A DNA stretch of 64,000 nt. Origin: Macrostomum hystrix (taxonomy: Eukaryota > Animalia > Platyhelminthes). Below are positions 63,600-64,000 of this stretch, one piece after another. Position 1 is the stretch's first letter, and every line of letters begins with the position of its first letter. The stretch is from positions 186,001-250,000 of the forward strand of contig CATNEN010000015.1 in the NCBI GenBank assembly GCA_950097015.1. The letters run 5' to 3'. A model generated the notes under the pieces. The model searched no databases. It saw only the letters and a list, made by a program, of their open reading frames with translations, and was not told the DNA's origin. A program made the translations under genes and the position numbers.

Positions 63600-64000
63600 T
63601 CTAGGGATTGGGATTCTTGGGATTTGGATTCCAGGGATTCGGATTCTAGGGATTGAGATTCTTGGGATTGGGATTCTAGGGATTGAGATTCTTGGGATTG
63701 GGATTCTAGGGATTGAGATTCTTTGTTTGGGATTCTAAGGATTCTGTGATTCGGATTCTAGGGATTGGGATTCTAGGGATTGGGATTCTAGGGATTGAGA
63801 TTCTTGGGAATGGGATTCTATGGATTGGGATTCTAGGGATTGAGATTCCAGGGATTGAGATTCTAGGGATTGAGATTTTAGGGATTCGGATTTTAGGGAT
63901 TGGGATTCTATGGATGGGGATTCTAGGGATTGGGATTCTTGGGATTGGGATTCTATGGATTGGGATTCTAGGGATTGAGATTCTAGGGATTCGGATTTTA
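63600..64000. repeat. ~15-bp GGGATT(G/C)-based minisatellite running off the window end
   Basis: GGGATTGGGATTCTA / GGGATTGAGATTCTA units. Confidence 0.95.

Overview
Eukaryotic (animal) genomic DNA. It has GC-rich exons, GT-AG introns with a basal size of about 65-100 nt, and many introns filled by minisatellites. This style suggests a Macrostomum-like free-living flatworm, which is an inference rather than a database match. I built gene models by hand from splice signals and checked reading-frame phase. + strand: a 5'-partial 3-exon low-complexity gene (1-3258), a small 2-exon gene (3840-4952), a rhodopsin-class GPCR, and two paralogous secreted PAN/C-type-lectin genes. - strand: PTPDC1, a stonin (stoned-B-like) adaptor, two tandem 17-exon anoctamin (TMEM16) paralogues with matching intron phases, and a 5'-partial LDL-receptor-family gene. 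Mobile DNA comprises a decayed PIF/Harbinger element (transposase plus Myb/SANT ORF), 3' LINE fragments, two tRNA-derived SINE families (two copies with clear TSDs) and a 398-bp MITE with an 8-bp TSD. About 22 tandem arrays are present. Most interesting observations: (i) both anoctamins carry a remodelled Ca2+ site and a cationic pore residue; (ii) one paralogue's introns are inflated by unrelated minisatellites, many sharing a CAGGTA core, and one unit looks like a branch-point/acceptor/donor cassette; (iii) some satellite units are built largely of hairpins; (iv) the LDLR-like tail appears to lack NPxY. No CRISPR, rRNA or bona fide tRNA gene was found.
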